Shown: positions 31,501 to 45,773 of the stretch, in pieces
How the letters are laid out: each line of letters opens with the position of its first letter
Position numbering within the stretch: position 1 is the stretch's first letter
Source: Trichoplax adhaerens
Taxonomy: Eukaryota; Animalia; Placozoa
DNA: 64,000 nt
NCBI RefSeq assembly: GCF_000150275.1
Contig: NW_002060946.1
Coordinates: forward strand, 3,925,454-3,989,453
Reading direction: 5' to 3'
Notes under the pieces: model-generated
Databases searched by the model: none
What the model saw: the letters and a program-made list of their open reading frames with translations, nothing else
What the model was told of the DNA's origin: nothing
Position numbers and translations under genes: made by a program

Positions 31501-34500
31501 GAAATGGACATGAATAGCTCTTAAAATTTCAATTTTAATAGATTATAACCTTTATAGTGAAGATAAACGTAAAAGTAATTGCTATATTCGTTAATAAATT
31601 AGAAAATCAGATTCGATATACCTGTAGAGGATTTTCAGTTTGCAGTTGCTAAATTAATGATTCAACGATAAGCTGTTATAAAATTTCCATTTACAGATAT
31701 AGTTAAAGTGAATTTATCTTACAGTTGAAGGACTCCTTTGCTTTGTTTCGCTTCTTTTTTTCGATGTCCACCACATTAAGAAATACATATGCGTTGCAAG
31801 ATTGGGAAACTTACCATAAGAATTCTGATTTAATAAATACGAGTATGTTAATTATTGGATACTATACATTTCCTTCTTGCTACTAAATTGGTATGACTTC
31901 TCTGTATCATTTACTTTTAAGTATGTGAAATACAATTTTCTTACCCACTTTAAAGAGAAACTATAATGAGTAGCAAAAGTCCAGAAAGTTAGTATAATCA
32001 ATCCTGGACAAACATAGGAGTACCACGGAATTCCGTGGCGGAGAATTGGTAAAGAAGGCGATGAACAGTTAGTTTTAAAATATCCTGTTAATCCTAAGAT
32101 TCTGTCAATTAATAAAAATAATTGTTCAGAAGAGAATAAAATTGACGGATGTCATTAATATATCTGACCACTTTTATGCATTACTCATACATTATACCGT
32201 CAATTCAACTGTTTGTATATCTATTCTAGTCTAAACTAGAAATGTGGTCGATATAATATGAAATGATTGCATGTTACATGATATATTAATATATGATATA
32301 CCTAGCTATGAATGATTTTGGTTCTACAGCATCTTGGAAAAATTGCATTTGATACAAATATAGCACTATTAGATGTAGTACACAGTAGACCATTAAAATT
32401 TTGCGTAACTTGCTAAATAATGTAGATCGATTCCTTGTTGTGTGAGAACGTGCTAATAATTGTTCTCGTGAGTTTGGCTTAGCTTTCGAAAAAGACCAGA
32501 TCGTAGCAATCACTAATAAAGTAATAAAGTACACAGCAGATAATACCGATGGTTGTACAATCCCTGTTAGCCACAGCAAGACTATACTAAAGAATGAGCT
32601 AAGGCAAGAAAGAGTTAAATAACAATTAATGATATGACAATTATACTGTAGGATACCAGAAAGCCTTCAGCATTATATAAATTACTTGATATTCTTCAAT
32701 GAGTGTCCATATTTAGAATAGGTTAGTGTTGCCAATGAGTCTAATTTGTCATATACATGGCGTCTATCATCATCAGAACCATGCATAATTTGGTCTACTT
32801 GTTTATTTGCTAATTTTCGGCAATATAAGAATGTTACTACAGAGATGATAAAGATAATGGCATCTGGAGCAAGTAAACGTATATCGTTCCACACATTATG
32901 TCCTAGCCTGTTGCATAATGTAAAATAGAGATGGTAAAAAGGCAATAATTTGCACATTTCGATTGCAATATTTTCTGTAAGTAATTTTATGGAGAGCGCT
33001 GTAGTCATTGTAACGTATATATATACATGATAGTATCGTGAGAGTTTCAATGTTATCAATACTATCGAGTCGGTTAAGCGCTAGATATAAATTCTATCTA
33101 CTATTCAATTTAACACTATATCGATTTAAATAAGTCATAACAGTTATCATACTGAAAAGAATAATACTCGTCGATAATTAAGTAGCGCATAACGATGATT
33201 TTCCTACTTATTGAAGCCTATTTGTCTAGCTAGCCTCTCCTGCCAAAAACCTATAAAGCAATATATTATACATTATAATCTTAATAAGTATAGGTATATA
33301 AGATAAAGTCATTATATTATTGAAGATGTTGTCGACTAATATGTTGCGTATGTATACCCGTATATTACTGACTTACAATCGATGATGATGCTTCCATAGG
33401 GAGGATTGGCAGCAAGTACTATTTGAAAGATGATATGAGCAACGCAAAGACCAAGGGATAATGCACAAATAGATAGAAGATATTTTCGAATAGGACCCTC
33501 TAAATTGAAGTTAAAAGAAGTAGTCAATGAGTGAATAGTTTTTGTCCAGACTGGTAGTCATTGGGACCAAATAGTTTATACTAATCTTAATATATTTTGA
33601 TGACATCAAAGCTCAACAAGCTACTGCATTTAGAAATTTTTTGGTGCTAAGTTAGTTCAAAATCTACCAGAAAAATAATAAGCTAAGTTTTGCATGTTCC
33701 TATTTGAAAAATGTAAAGTATTTGGGTAGGTGAGAATGATTGATACCGTGTAAGATTAGATCAGTTGTCAACAATGTACAAACCTTGCATTATATGTAAT
33801 AATAGTATCTTACATCCTTGTATGAGTTGCATAAAAAATTTTAAACATGCTTACAGCGTACTTTATGCTAGATAGATGATCTTGCTATAGAGTCATCAAC
33901 AAGTACTATTGTAATATTGATTTCTTAGATGTATTAATAAGACACGGTTTACTTACTAAAAAAGCTTTGATGGGAAGGATTGGGTAAGAATGGCATTACC
34001 AGGAAAAATCCGAAATATAAAGCGGAGAATCCATTGATTCGTAAAATAGAGGCTAGATATAAAGATTGATAGACAATTTGTTAATTATCATGATTTTACC
34101 AGGTTAGCAATATTCAAGCAATGTTGAAAATCGTTCGTTTACGTTGGGCATGATGATTGAACTCACTTTGCACATTACTATGATACGATAATTGACATAG
34201 GCGAATGTTTTCGATATTCAGCGGATGCTGAAAGTGGCAGGTTTACTACTGAATAAAGTATGCTTTTGATTTATATAATAATTTGTACAATAGAGGCTTG
34301 TCATCATCAAGAATGATGAAAATTTGTTGGACATGATGATTGAACTCGCTATTATGCTACGACAATTTACATAGGAAAATATTTTCAACATGCAACAAAT
34401 GAGGATGAAAGTAGCAGGTTTGCTACTGGATAGAATAAGTATGGAAATCAGTAAAATCGTGGCATAGACTGTCATGTTATCACATATTATGAGCTTTGAA

Positions 34501-35354
34501 TTATCCTATGTGTGTGTATAATGGAGGCCTGTTATACAAAAATGATAGGAACTTTGTTCGACATAATGGCTTCATTTACTTTGTATTTTATATCCTACGC
34601 TACAGTAACTTAGGTAGGCAACCATTTTCATTACTGGATGAAATAAATAAAAGTATTAGCTACAACATGGATATCAATAAACTTCTAGCTTAAACAGTTA
34701 TCTATCGTAGCCATTAGATCAGAACAGAGAATACATTTGACTCTGAATGTAGAAGCATGGATTGTGTGATCAAGCAGATATGGAAATTGTACACGATAGA
34801 AGCATCACCACAACTGCAATTGAAGATTGCCCAAGTTATACTATTCATATCCTCTATATCATTTTATTCAGTGCGATATCGCTGAGAAGTCTCGATAACA
34901 ATCATGCCAATCCTAAGCTTTTCCACTGTCAAAGTGGAAAGTAGTATTGGTTTTCCTGTTGTGAATAGCAGTCATACAAGTGGTGTGTTGTTGAGAAATA
35001 AAGCATCTTAGCAATTCTACACTAAACTTCTCCTAAATATAAACTATTAAGAACTGTTGCTGTCTTTTAGTATTCTCCGGTAATCAACAACAACAACACC
35101 GAATAAGGATTAGAATCATATTTGGAATTGGCGATTAATTAGCTTGTAGATAATGACATCATAATTAATTGAAATAATTAATCAATAATAAACAGTCGGG
35201 GAGGACTATGATACAGCTGTATGCTAGTACACTAGCGACATAAGCCTACAAAAATAATCCTTATTGCTATTGATCGCTTCTTCTTCTTACCAGCTAACAA
35301 GGAAAGAGTTAAAAACCAACGAAAGAGGAGAGTAGCAACAAATATAGAAGCCAT
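22542..35354 (-). CDS. PIEZO: Piezo mechanosensitive cation channel (~30 exons; terminal coding exon 22542-25804)
   Basis: N-terminus MASIFVATLLFRWFLTLSLLA|ASILRINGFSALYF. SHEQIIAAGDYYLF matches the Piezo GDY.LF motif. Signature PFFLEFRTLMDW (PF-x2-E-x6-W). Pore region GYGIIGLYVSLVLVVGRF...ELEEELFAKLIFLYRSPETII. Confidence 0.97.
34140..34445. repeat. Two-copy ~182 bp duplication in Piezo intron 1
   Basis: gttgg.catgatgattgaactc...gaaagt.gcaggttt.ctactg.ata at 34143 and 34326. Confidence 0.85.
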
Positions 35355-35817
35355 AATTGGATGGCGAAGAGGACATTAACGACTAGGGTGGCCTTCAGGA
35401 TGGCATGAAGACGATGGTCAGAGTAGAGTCAGACTAAGGCTTTCATAGCTGTAGTCTGTGTATCTGTATTATGTATAGTATGGATAAGGTGAATTAAGGT
35501 ATTGTACAGTCCTATTACTCAAACATCATCTAAAAGGCATTGCTCTACACTGTAAGGATGGAAAAATAGAGCGCGACTATAGGCCATGGCAGAAATACAC
35601 CATACTGAATCGATCCTAGTCGCTCGTATGGGAGTCCACACCTTGCTGTTACTATGGTAATATTAGGACAGACAGAAGAGGTGACGATATTCGATGGTGC
35701 ATTTAAAAACTTTCATATGAGTCTCCATTTCTAGCCATCACTTTTTGGATTTTTATCCCGCGTTAGAGACAATTTAACCTGGATTAATATCAAAATCAAG
35801 CCAAATCTCTGGTTACC
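35355..35817. promoter_or_regulatory. Compact head-to-head intergenic region (probable bidirectional promoter) between Piezo and SEH1
   Basis: Only 463 bp separate the divergent ATGs at 35354 and 35818; GC content is locally elevated. Confidence 0.6.
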
Positions 35818-38800
35818 ATGGCTAATTCTGTTTCTGACTTGAGTATAGTAAGGCAAATTAACACACAACATGCAGATTTAGTTCACGATGTCTCCTATAG
35901 TTACAATGGTCGTCGAATGGCTACTTGCTCTAGCGATCAAACGGTCAAGGTAAAATTGATTCTACGCTTTTTCCCTGCTCAATTTTCATCATTATAATAC
36001 AACTGATTGCTCTCGCTGAAATACTATACACTTCGATCGATTCATTATCGCAAATCAATGGGTATTCGACTCTTCGTATAGATTTACCTAGATCTGATGT
36101 ACATACAGAACTATCATGCAAAATTCAATTCCTCTTTTACGCGTACCTATTTCCATCACGTAGTATTCAATACTGGCCGATCATTCTTATAGCTAGCTGC
36201 AGGCATCCAATGAAAGTTTTAGAACTTTAGAAGATTTATAAATAAACTTGTGGAACATATGACAAAAAATATTGTATCATTTACGATAACCATTGCTTGC
36301 TATTTTTGCAAGCTCAGCTTGAAAGCAAGCTACTGTAATATTCCTTGAATTAAATGAAAATTAAAGGAATATCTTGCTGATTACAGTGCCATTGCTATTT
36401 CTGCAATTTCAGTTGAAAAACAGGCTGCTATAATATTCGTTACGGGATACGTAGCTATTTCTGCTGTTTCAATTTTATAAATACAAACTGATATTCACGT
36501 TCATTAACCAGATGAATATATCTTTACAATGTTGTTAGTAAATCGGTTTAGGAGTACTGTGCAGTATATTGGGTATGCATTTAGCAATAATTTCAATTGC
36601 TATTTATAATCATTCCTAGAATCTTAATTTTGAATACAAGTCAATATTCTTGTATGATAACTAGATGAGAATGATTTTAGATTATGGTATTTGGTAAATG
36701 GACTTATATGCTGTCTACGTATCTGCTATACAGGAACATCTTGAAAAGTTGTACAGTATTTCCAATTTGAGATTTTTCTATTAAAAAAACCCCGGTGATT
36801 TAGTTTCCTACGAACACGTACGTATTGACTGTATCTGGAGTAGTGCCATAATGAAGGATTAAGAAATAGTTTAGCTAACTTTATTGTAATAATCTGATAC
36901 GAATATGATATCTGCATATGTATAGTTTATATCGTATCTTGCCATAAATGAGTAACTATCTATAGGGACATAATAGAAGAGTCTCTGATGAGGGCCGAAA
37001 TCTTCGCATATTTTGAAAATATGACTTGCGAAGATGATCATGACGTGACAATGTCGTGATTCACAAATGCCGCCATACTGCTACAAATTTAGCTCTCACA
37101 TGCCTACAATGTTGTATATTGAAATATCTCGTCAACAGTATTGGGCAGCTTCTCTGGTTTATGGCTATTTGCGATGCCATTAATGTATAATGTATCTTGT
37201 GATTTACCATTTTCGATAGCGACAACTTTTGCATAATAATTTTGTAGTTCTATCCGATATAAGTATACACTACTTATTTTTTCTTTAATGTAGTATATAG
37301 TGATGCTTAATGTTAATGAAACACTACGAAATGGGTAATTTTTTTGTTCTACTCGATTCTCATTCTGCATGAGGAGAAGATTACTGCAGTGTAGGATAGA
37401 GTGTAACTATTAATTGCTACAGTATTGTAAAAATGTATTATTTTATTGTGCAATTTTACTTTTATCAAGTAGTTTAGCTAAGTATAGCTTTAACGATAAT
37501 GTTTATAATTTACGTTTCTTTAGATATGGGATCTAGGTGAAGATAACGAATGGCATATGACTGCTAGTTGGCAGGTATTGTATAATTCCGTCAATGTAAG
37601 AATTAGTTTGAGTACAGTTAAAATTGTACTAGTACAGTTATATTGCTTTGTACAGCACAGGGACATCGTTTTGTATCTCAATGGCTGCTAAAACCAGTTT
37701 TAGGCACCTTTACTTATATCTTAAACTATTCCTATAATGGGTAGCGGTCATGTTAGTAAGCTGCATTATATGGCTATAGTTTTGATACCTCTCAATCAAA
37801 TATGAAATACAAGACTAATTTACGTACAGTATGTATCTTAATGCATCATTTTTAGGTGCGCTATGCTTGTTTAAAATTGCTAAAAGTCCGTTTGCATTTG
37901 GTATCATTTTCTTATTAGTACGTATGCTGTCTTTAAGGTCTGTGTAGTATTTCTAATGACTCTTAAGCTTATTAGTATACCTATGTTGCTACAGTCTTCT
38001 AATTAGATACTACTATGACAACAATTATCAATGCCATAAATAACTATTAAGGTTTAACCTTTCACTTAAAGGTAAATAAAAATGATATTGATATAGCATA
38101 ATTCACATCACAATTCTATCTCTTTTACATATATCGAATAATTTTTGAGATATTACATCTACCGTGTTGTGGTGTACCAGATGTTTATAACTTAAGAATT
38201 ATGCCAATTCTATAGATTTAATATGCTACATTGCAGCTTAGCTGAACTTCTTAACAAAAAATAGGCTGTAATTTAAGAGCCATAAATCCTTAAGCTAAAT
38301 ATATAGCTTATGGTGCTCGTCGCTTATTTTATTATATTTTCTACGAGGATAGAACCATTTTACTGATTGCAGCAGCTTCTTAGTGCCACGTACATTTCAT
38401 GATCTTGAAAGAACTAAATTATAAATTATTTACATGTTATATAGTGATAGTTATGGTCATAATGAAGGCATAATTGTTGGTATGAAAAATATATTTTCTA
38501 ATCTTAAAATTTTAGGCACATCCTTCCAATATATGGAGAGTAGTTTGGGCACACCCAGAATTCGGACATGTTATTGCTACTTGTTCCTTCGATAAAAGCA
38601 TCGCTATTTGGGAAGAAATAGGTCTTTTAGTATTATTGATTTATGTATCTTTATCTAATAAAGATGTGAAAAACAGCAATTTCATTTCTTGAGGAGATTG
38701 GCGCTATGCTTTACAGTAGCTTGGTAGATTCTTTCGTCGTCTTAAATAATTTTAAATTTTATAGATTACTGATAGTATACTATAGATATGACAGATGATG

Positions 38801-41077
38801 TTAGAAAATCACATCAGAAATTGGTGACTTATGCTAGTATTGTATGCCTAGATATCTTAAACCTTTGTAATATCTATTGTGAATAGGCTTGGCTAGAAGG
38901 GATTCAGGAGAGCAAATAAATACCTGGGTATGGGATATTTTAATATACGGAATGGAAAAATTATACAGTAAATCATGCAATGATTGCTTAAAATGAACGG
39001 TATCATATTTTTTGACAGCAAAAAAAATTATCCCTTGCTGAATGTAAAGCATCTGTCACCGATGTCAAATTTGCACCGCATTACCTTGGACTGATACTGG
39101 TAATTAAATAATTGTAGTTAATACTGTACGCTACGTTACGACGCCTACTTGCGTGAAAATATCGAATTTTTTACAATGTAATATTTCATAGGGCTTTTGC
39201 TCAGCCGATTGCTGGGTTTATATTTGCGAACTTCCGGACATATCTGAGATGAACCTTTATCGATCGGTAAAGTTAATAATTCTTGTAACAGCGGCAGATC
39301 TAGCATTTTGAATTAATTAAAAGCATAATTTTCAACTTCTTATTGTTATACTCAGATTATTCGGTAGTACTATTTTATTTTAATTATAGTATGGCATGAG
39401 ATTTTTGAGACTGACATTTATCGATGATTTGTTATTTTTCCTAATTTTAGTATAGGTATGATACCAAGGTTAGCTGTAGCTGTCTCTCTTGGAATCCATC
39501 AAGGTATTTGGGGACTTTAATTGTTTCTTAACTGTTTTTCTTCGATGAAATATTACTTGTAAGTAATAAATGAAACATTTTATAACACGACTACTTTGAA
39601 TTGGACAAAGAATCACACCTCCGCTTGTTGCTGTGGGCAGCGATACTGTATCAGGCGGTATTTCGAAAGTTTTCATCTATAAGTTCATCCAGGAAGAGCC
39701 AAAGTAAGAAAAGTTATCTAGTTACTATATAAGCAGGTCTTTTATATTGTTGCAGTAATTTCGACGGCGATTTATCATGGTCCAAAAGGTGATTAACTAG
39801 TTTTGTCAATAAACTTAGGGGCTTAAAAGAACTTGTTAGTCCTATTTCTGTCCCTGGTCCGGTGCGTGATGTTGCATTCGCTCCACATATGGGGAGGTAT
39901 GATAAAATTTTTATATAACTATGCATTTTATTTCATGGCTAGGTGAAAATACGTTATAGTTATTGTGGTAGCTGAAGACTATTCGTAGTTTTGTCGAGTA
40001 ATAATAAAATCTTTTGCTCTTTTAGATCTTTCTTTCAGTTAGCAATCGCTGCACGAAACGTGCACATATTTAGACTTTATCCGACAGAGTAAGTATTGCT
40101 CGATGTTACGAAATCATGTTAACAATACAATCCGATGAAATCATATATTGCTATTTCTGTGACCGAAGTTTGTACTGATACTGTAATGAACAAAATCCCG
40201 AACAAGTTAGTCGTAATTTTAGTTAAGAGTATCGTAACGAATCGGATTACATTTACGTCGTATAGCGTGTGCAAAAAATTATTTTGCTAGTATGTTAGTG
40301 ATTATTTCGGTAGCAATTATAATTTACCACCCTACCAGTATATGATACTATAAGATTTAATTGCAAGTCATACAAAAGTATACACTTAAAATTGATATTT
40401 AAGAAGTATTTACTCTTTTAAATCAATATTTATCCAAAGGGTAATCTAAAATAATAATTAGGACGGTACATTTGTTGCTGAAGTGGTCACTACGTTAATA
40501 ATAGCAAATTTTTATTGTAATATGTATGTAGTATTCATTTACTGACTATAAGCAATAAAACAACACTGGTGTGAATTAGTGATATACGCATATATGCAGA
40601 CGCTTTAATTGCTGTTATTATTATTATCATCAGTGATAATTTTAACAAGAATCAGAGCGACTCATTTAATGTTGAAGAAGTAGCGACATTGGAGAAACAT
40701 AAATCACAGGTTAGTCCTATACATTGCAGCAATCAAGGGCTCTGTCTTTGTTGTACACGTACCTTTAATAAAATTAGTGTATTTTTATTCTAGATTTGGC
40801 GAGTTGAGTGGAATATAACTGGAACTGTCTTGGCATCGTCTGGCGATGACGGCCAAGTTAGGCTGTGGAAAGGTATTGATGACATTTTTTATATTATTTT
40901 ATTATTGCATCTTAGCTTTTTCTTAATTTAGTACACTGTGCTTATTTCGTAGCTAATTACTCGGGAAAATGGGATTCTTGTGCTACTATCAGAGATAGCG
41001 AAGTTGTCAACAAAATAATATTAAAACTCTATGAATATCAAGTAAAAATTCAAAAACTCGGTAAATTGGAGAGCTGA
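35818..41077 (+). CDS. SEH1L: Nucleoporin / GATOR2 subunit Seh1 (WD40, multi-exon)
   Basis: [27 protein letters not shown]|IWD...|[26 protein letters not shown]...VTDVKFAP...[10 protein letters not shown]...[14 protein letters not shown]...[26 protein letters not shown]|ANY is collinear with SEH1. Confidence 0.95.
36290..36500. repeat. Three degenerate ~55 bp direct repeats in SEH1 intron 1
   Basis: gctattt.tgc....tca..t...a...taatattc near 36299, 36394 and 36454. Confidence 0.55.
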
Positions 41078-41999
41078 TTTTGATATGACCGTTTTACATG
41101 AGTAAGTGCTACGTTCGGCAATACCTATGTAATTTGCACTACTGTGTTACTAAAACATAAACTTGTAGTAAGTTATCTAAAAATTAAACCTCAACACTTG
41201 ATGAACCTTTTAATAAATACCAATACGTGATACAACGTTTCATAAACTTTACCATTATCGTCAATTGCGAAAAGGTTTTGAATAACAAAATGGATCGGTA
41301 GTACTTTATAGCTGAAATTTTGTATGTATAAATATATATATACATATATATATATATGTAAGTATTTGTATGCTTTCCTTCTAGATACTGCTGTTAAAAA
41401 ATATCCAAGCTAACGGTTACTATATAATTTAATTGATCCTTAGAGATTCCTTTGATAAAATGTTGATGTAAATAATAAACACTGCATTAATAAAGAGTAA
41501 AATTCTGTTTATTAATTAATTATAAAAAGCATTACAGGTGAAGATATAAAATATTTTTGAGGTGTTTATTATTTGAATCAAAATAATAATAAGTTCCGTT
41601 TCGCCTTTACTTATTTAAAATGAAGATTAATCAAATAGGGTCAAAAATGGTTACACAATCCTATTAATTAGATAAAATACAGTATAGCCGTCATCAAACA
41701 ACGCTTGTTGTGTTGGTGGTACAATAAATGTCATGGATGAATATAACATGATTTTGTAAGCTCTGGGCTATGTTCCTATAAAATTTATTACACTGATAAA
41801 ATTACATTATAACATTTATATTATAAATTTGACAAAGTTCAGCATTATAATATTTGCAAGTCGTACTTGATATATACACAGTACAGTTTGGATTGATTGC
41901 AATTATGCACCTTTTATCATTTTAAGTTGAAAATCCGAAATTTTATTTACCCTTGATATATGATTTATTCCGAGTTACAGTAGAATTTCTCCGTTATAG

Positions 42000-43072
42000 T
42001 TACATCGATGATTGCAAACTTTTAATAAATTTCCGCGGCAATGGTAAAGCTGATATCTTAGCTTTTGGTACCAGACGAGATAACGCCACCGTACATATCT
42101 CATGAAGTGGTTGTACTATAAAATTAATAAATGATTTTAAGTATTAATATATTAAATTTATTTTTTTCTAGAAGCAGTAGTAGGTTAAGATTAAGAATCA
42201 GTTTGTTATATCTGCACTGAAATGTTTTAAATGCATCAGTATTGTACATACAGTAATTAATTACGGATTTAATTTTTGAGAGATATTTTATCGTCACGTC
42301 ATAAAGTACGTGTAGTATTACAAGTACCTTCAGGTGATAATACTTTAACTTTTGTTGTTGAGCCATAAATATCAACGATTGCATATACATCCTGATTTAT
42401 AAGTACGTTTTGAACCACCGGCCCTAAATCTGTGTGGTTGATGATTAAATGAATTTGGCCTTTCAAGTTGTACTTTAACCCAATTGTTGTGCCTTCATCT
42501 AGTAACACATGCTTAGGAGATCCTTCATCCTTTACATAAATTTAGTAATATTTAGAAAATTGTATGTCTAGATTGAGTCATGATGTTCATAGATGTCCGT
42601 ATCATATTATGATATAAAGCAATGAAAAATTTTTATATGATATAAAATGATTCATTGTACTTTCATTATTAGTAATATTAAAATTCCATCTATATTATAG
42701 TATTACATACACTTGCAATAGCTACTATTACTGATAAGTATATAATTATTCATATATCTTTACCTTCAGTTCGTCCGAGATTGCAATCTTTGTTGGCAAT
42801 GCAATAACACGAGTTTTGCCTTGATTGGTCATGCCCGGTAATGAATACTCAGGTACCTCAAAATGCCTATCGATATTTTCCCATGTGAAACCACAACGTA
42901 AATTGCCAGACCAATCCGGTTGTATCTCTTCTATTAAAATAGTAAACACTTCATTGGGTCTGATGGGTCTACTACTAAACACTATACCATTGCTAAACCC
43001 ATGAGTTCGAGCAGCAGCTTTTCCATCATTTGAAAGTGAGATATTAAGTCCGCGGCATTCATGAAATTTCAT
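42000..43072 (-). CDS. NEURL2: Neuralized-like protein with one NHR domain and a C-terminal SOCS box (NEURL2/Ozz-type); exons 42764-43072, 42328-42529, 42000-42115; 5' end uncertain
   Basis: NHR: MKFHECRGLNISLSNDGKAAARTHGFSNGIVFSSRP...WSGNLRCGFT...VYAIVDIYGSTTKV. Last exon VQPLHEICTVALSRLVPKAKISALPLPRKFIKSL gives a BC box plus LPLP Cullin-5 box. Confidence 0.82.
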
Positions 43073-45159
43073 ATTTCTTACAATAAAATTCAATTAATAC
43101 ATAGAATTGTCTATTTCCATAAAACGAAAAGCTTCTTTAGGTATACAGGAAGCAGGATTAAATTATTAAAATGATTGTAATCTTGGAATATTGGCAACCT
43201 TTAAAACATTTCTTGAGTGGTGAAATCTACTCATGTATCGCTGCTGTAAAGGAATGTTCGATAAAACAGTTAATACTAGCGCTTGCAATCTTTAGAACTG
43301 TGACATGAAAGAATGAGGACAAAATTACTATGGCAACTCAAAAGATATACTTATTCCAACTTATTCGATAAAGCCAGACGTGAAGATATTAGCTATTATA
43401 GTCACCTGATATGTCCATAATTTTATAAAGTTTAGGCCTACTGAAGAATCAACAAGTTACTGCTGATGTTTCTTAATAGCAACTTAGTCATTCGTCACAT
43501 AATATCTATTAGTTTCAGCTCTTCTACAGTGCTTCGGTTATACCAGTCTATGCTGATCGTATAGACCTTTTATAATCTACAGTATCAGTAGTAGATCCCC
43601 TGCATTTTGCTTTATTGACGGTGTGAACGTATCGCTTTTTTTTGCATCGATAACATAAACATACATTACCATTTACATCGTTTTAAAACTTTAAACTACT
43701 TTTTATTCACTACCAAGGAAACGCTTCACTGCGTAAGAAATTAAAAAATGCGTCATGTAAAGGCATAAAATATTTAATAACGAGATAGTCTGTAATCATT
43801 GCTGACCAGCAAAGCAACAATGTACGTATAGTAGTAAGCATTAATTGGATCAAAATGATCGTTGATTTAGCTATGTCTAGTTTTTAAAAATAATTTGAAA
43901 GGTTTGTATCATTCTTGGTTTTATATCGTATCGTATTGTGTTTCGCATTATGGAAAGGGCTAGTGTTTTCAAAAGTAAGCTACATATGCTAGCAATCGAC
44001 TAGCTAATGTCAGGAGTAAAATTGTATTCATTCATCCATTACTACTGTCCCATACTGTACTATAGTAGTTCAAGCTGCAAATGTATCTTTATTTTTTAAT
44101 TTACATACACTCGTAGCTCGTATGTTGGCTGATGATTTTATATTGATATTGAAGGAATTGTTTACCAGTTATGATTCTTATTATTGCCGTCGTCGACGGA
44201 GTCTTTGTTGTCTCTAGTGAATCACTACATTGGCAAAGTTATTACTCCGCCTTGAAATAATATTATCCTGTGTAAAATTGTGCAACCTTTCTACGAGTAT
44301 GATAATAATAATACTGGTATGTTATTACAGCAGGCGACGTCTGTCAATGCCAAGATCGTTTACAGCCTGCAATCAACAAAACATGATCTCCAATAATAAT
44401 GAAACGATTACAACTGTGTACAGTATTATGACTGTCTGGTTGTGCATTCCATTGACTCGTGATATGACCATTTTACTCTAGCTGAATATTGAAGATAGAC
44501 AGCGACAGAATAGAAAAGAGTTTTGATGGATGCCATTACAAGTTTTATAAATAAATAAATAGCGCGTGGCTATGATCTGGTAGAACCACAGGAGGCTGCA
44601 TTATGCCGCTACGTGCAGAATGCATGCCTGACACATTGCATACTATTATTTATTATCCTGTATCTTTGCAATCTACTAACAGCAACGACAGTCAGTGATA
44701 CTAAAACATGGATACTAAAGCAACTTCATACCAACCTTTAGCAGGCAGAATACATGGATATTGTCAGTTACAAAAGCAAGTGATGATTTATTTGATTGAG
44801 CTTGGTGGTGTTTATGCAGCAATTTTTAGGTTACAGATTCTGCCGGACTGGATCGATTTCGTCAAGAGTTTTCAGATGGCACAGACTTGCGTACAATACA
44901 GTACAGTGTACTGTAGACCATGAGTGCTCTGTACTGTAATCTTGTGTACTGTACACTGTACAGTACAACGGGTTTGGTATCGGTTAGCGCAATTTGTACT
45001 TACTGCTTGAAGCTGTGGACATTTGATTAGCACACGGTAGTAGTTATATTGACTGATAATACTGTAGTAGTCATGAGCTATGTATAAGAACACAGGGCCT
45101 CTATTGCTGTAAAGCGTCTGTCCATGCAGTGCAAAATAATGTCACCCGAGTGCTTGCGC

Positions 45160-45295
45160 TCTATTCAAGCATGACATCACTTTTGCTAGCGATGACCAAA
45201 TGAATCTGAGTCGCGAATCATAGACACTCAGATTGGGTATATACTGTAGTATTGGAATAAATCGCACGCAGAAATGATGTCACTATTGAATAAGA
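45160..45295. repeat. Imperfect ~135 bp inverted repeat (decayed hairpin element)
   Basis: tattcaagcatgacatcacttttgc pairs with gcagaaatgatgtcactattgaata (about 20/25). Inner aatctgagt pairs with actcagatt. Confidence 0.55.
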
Positions 45296-45714
45296 TACTT
45301 TTCTTTCTATATTAAAAAAAGAATGAATCATTCCGCTACTCAGTTCTGTTACTTTTTAATCGAGTGCCATGGAGTTCTACGGAGTGTAGTACAAGCCTTT
45401 TTCATTGTGCTTTATAGTACTGTACCAGTATGCTGTAAAGTACAGTGTACAAGTATTGTGACGATTAATATTAGGTCAACAGAGAGAAAAAAATAGTAAT
45501 AGTGATCAAATACTCTTGGAAACAATTACTGCATATACTGTACAGTATATGCATGTGTATATAATATAATAATATATACAGTATATACGCGTGTACTCGT
45601 ATAACTATGCCACTGGTGAATCTGTTACAGAAGTCACGTAGTCACTAAAATTACTTTGTAATATACAGATGCACGCAGATCTATAAACAGATTGTACAGA
45701 CAGGAACTACTACT

Positions 45715-45773
45715 ATAAAATAAAATAAAAGACAAAATAAATAATACATAAATAAATAAATAAATAAATAAAA
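45715..45773. repeat. (AAAT)n microsatellite / A-tract
   Basis: aaataaataaataaataaataaaaa preceded by taaaataaaataaaa. Confidence 0.85.

Noticed and set aside
39756-39788. Frame-preserving 33-nt cassette exon in SEH1
   Set aside because: It would require a 30-nt downstream intron, shorter than any other seen here, and the SEH1 alignment does not need it.
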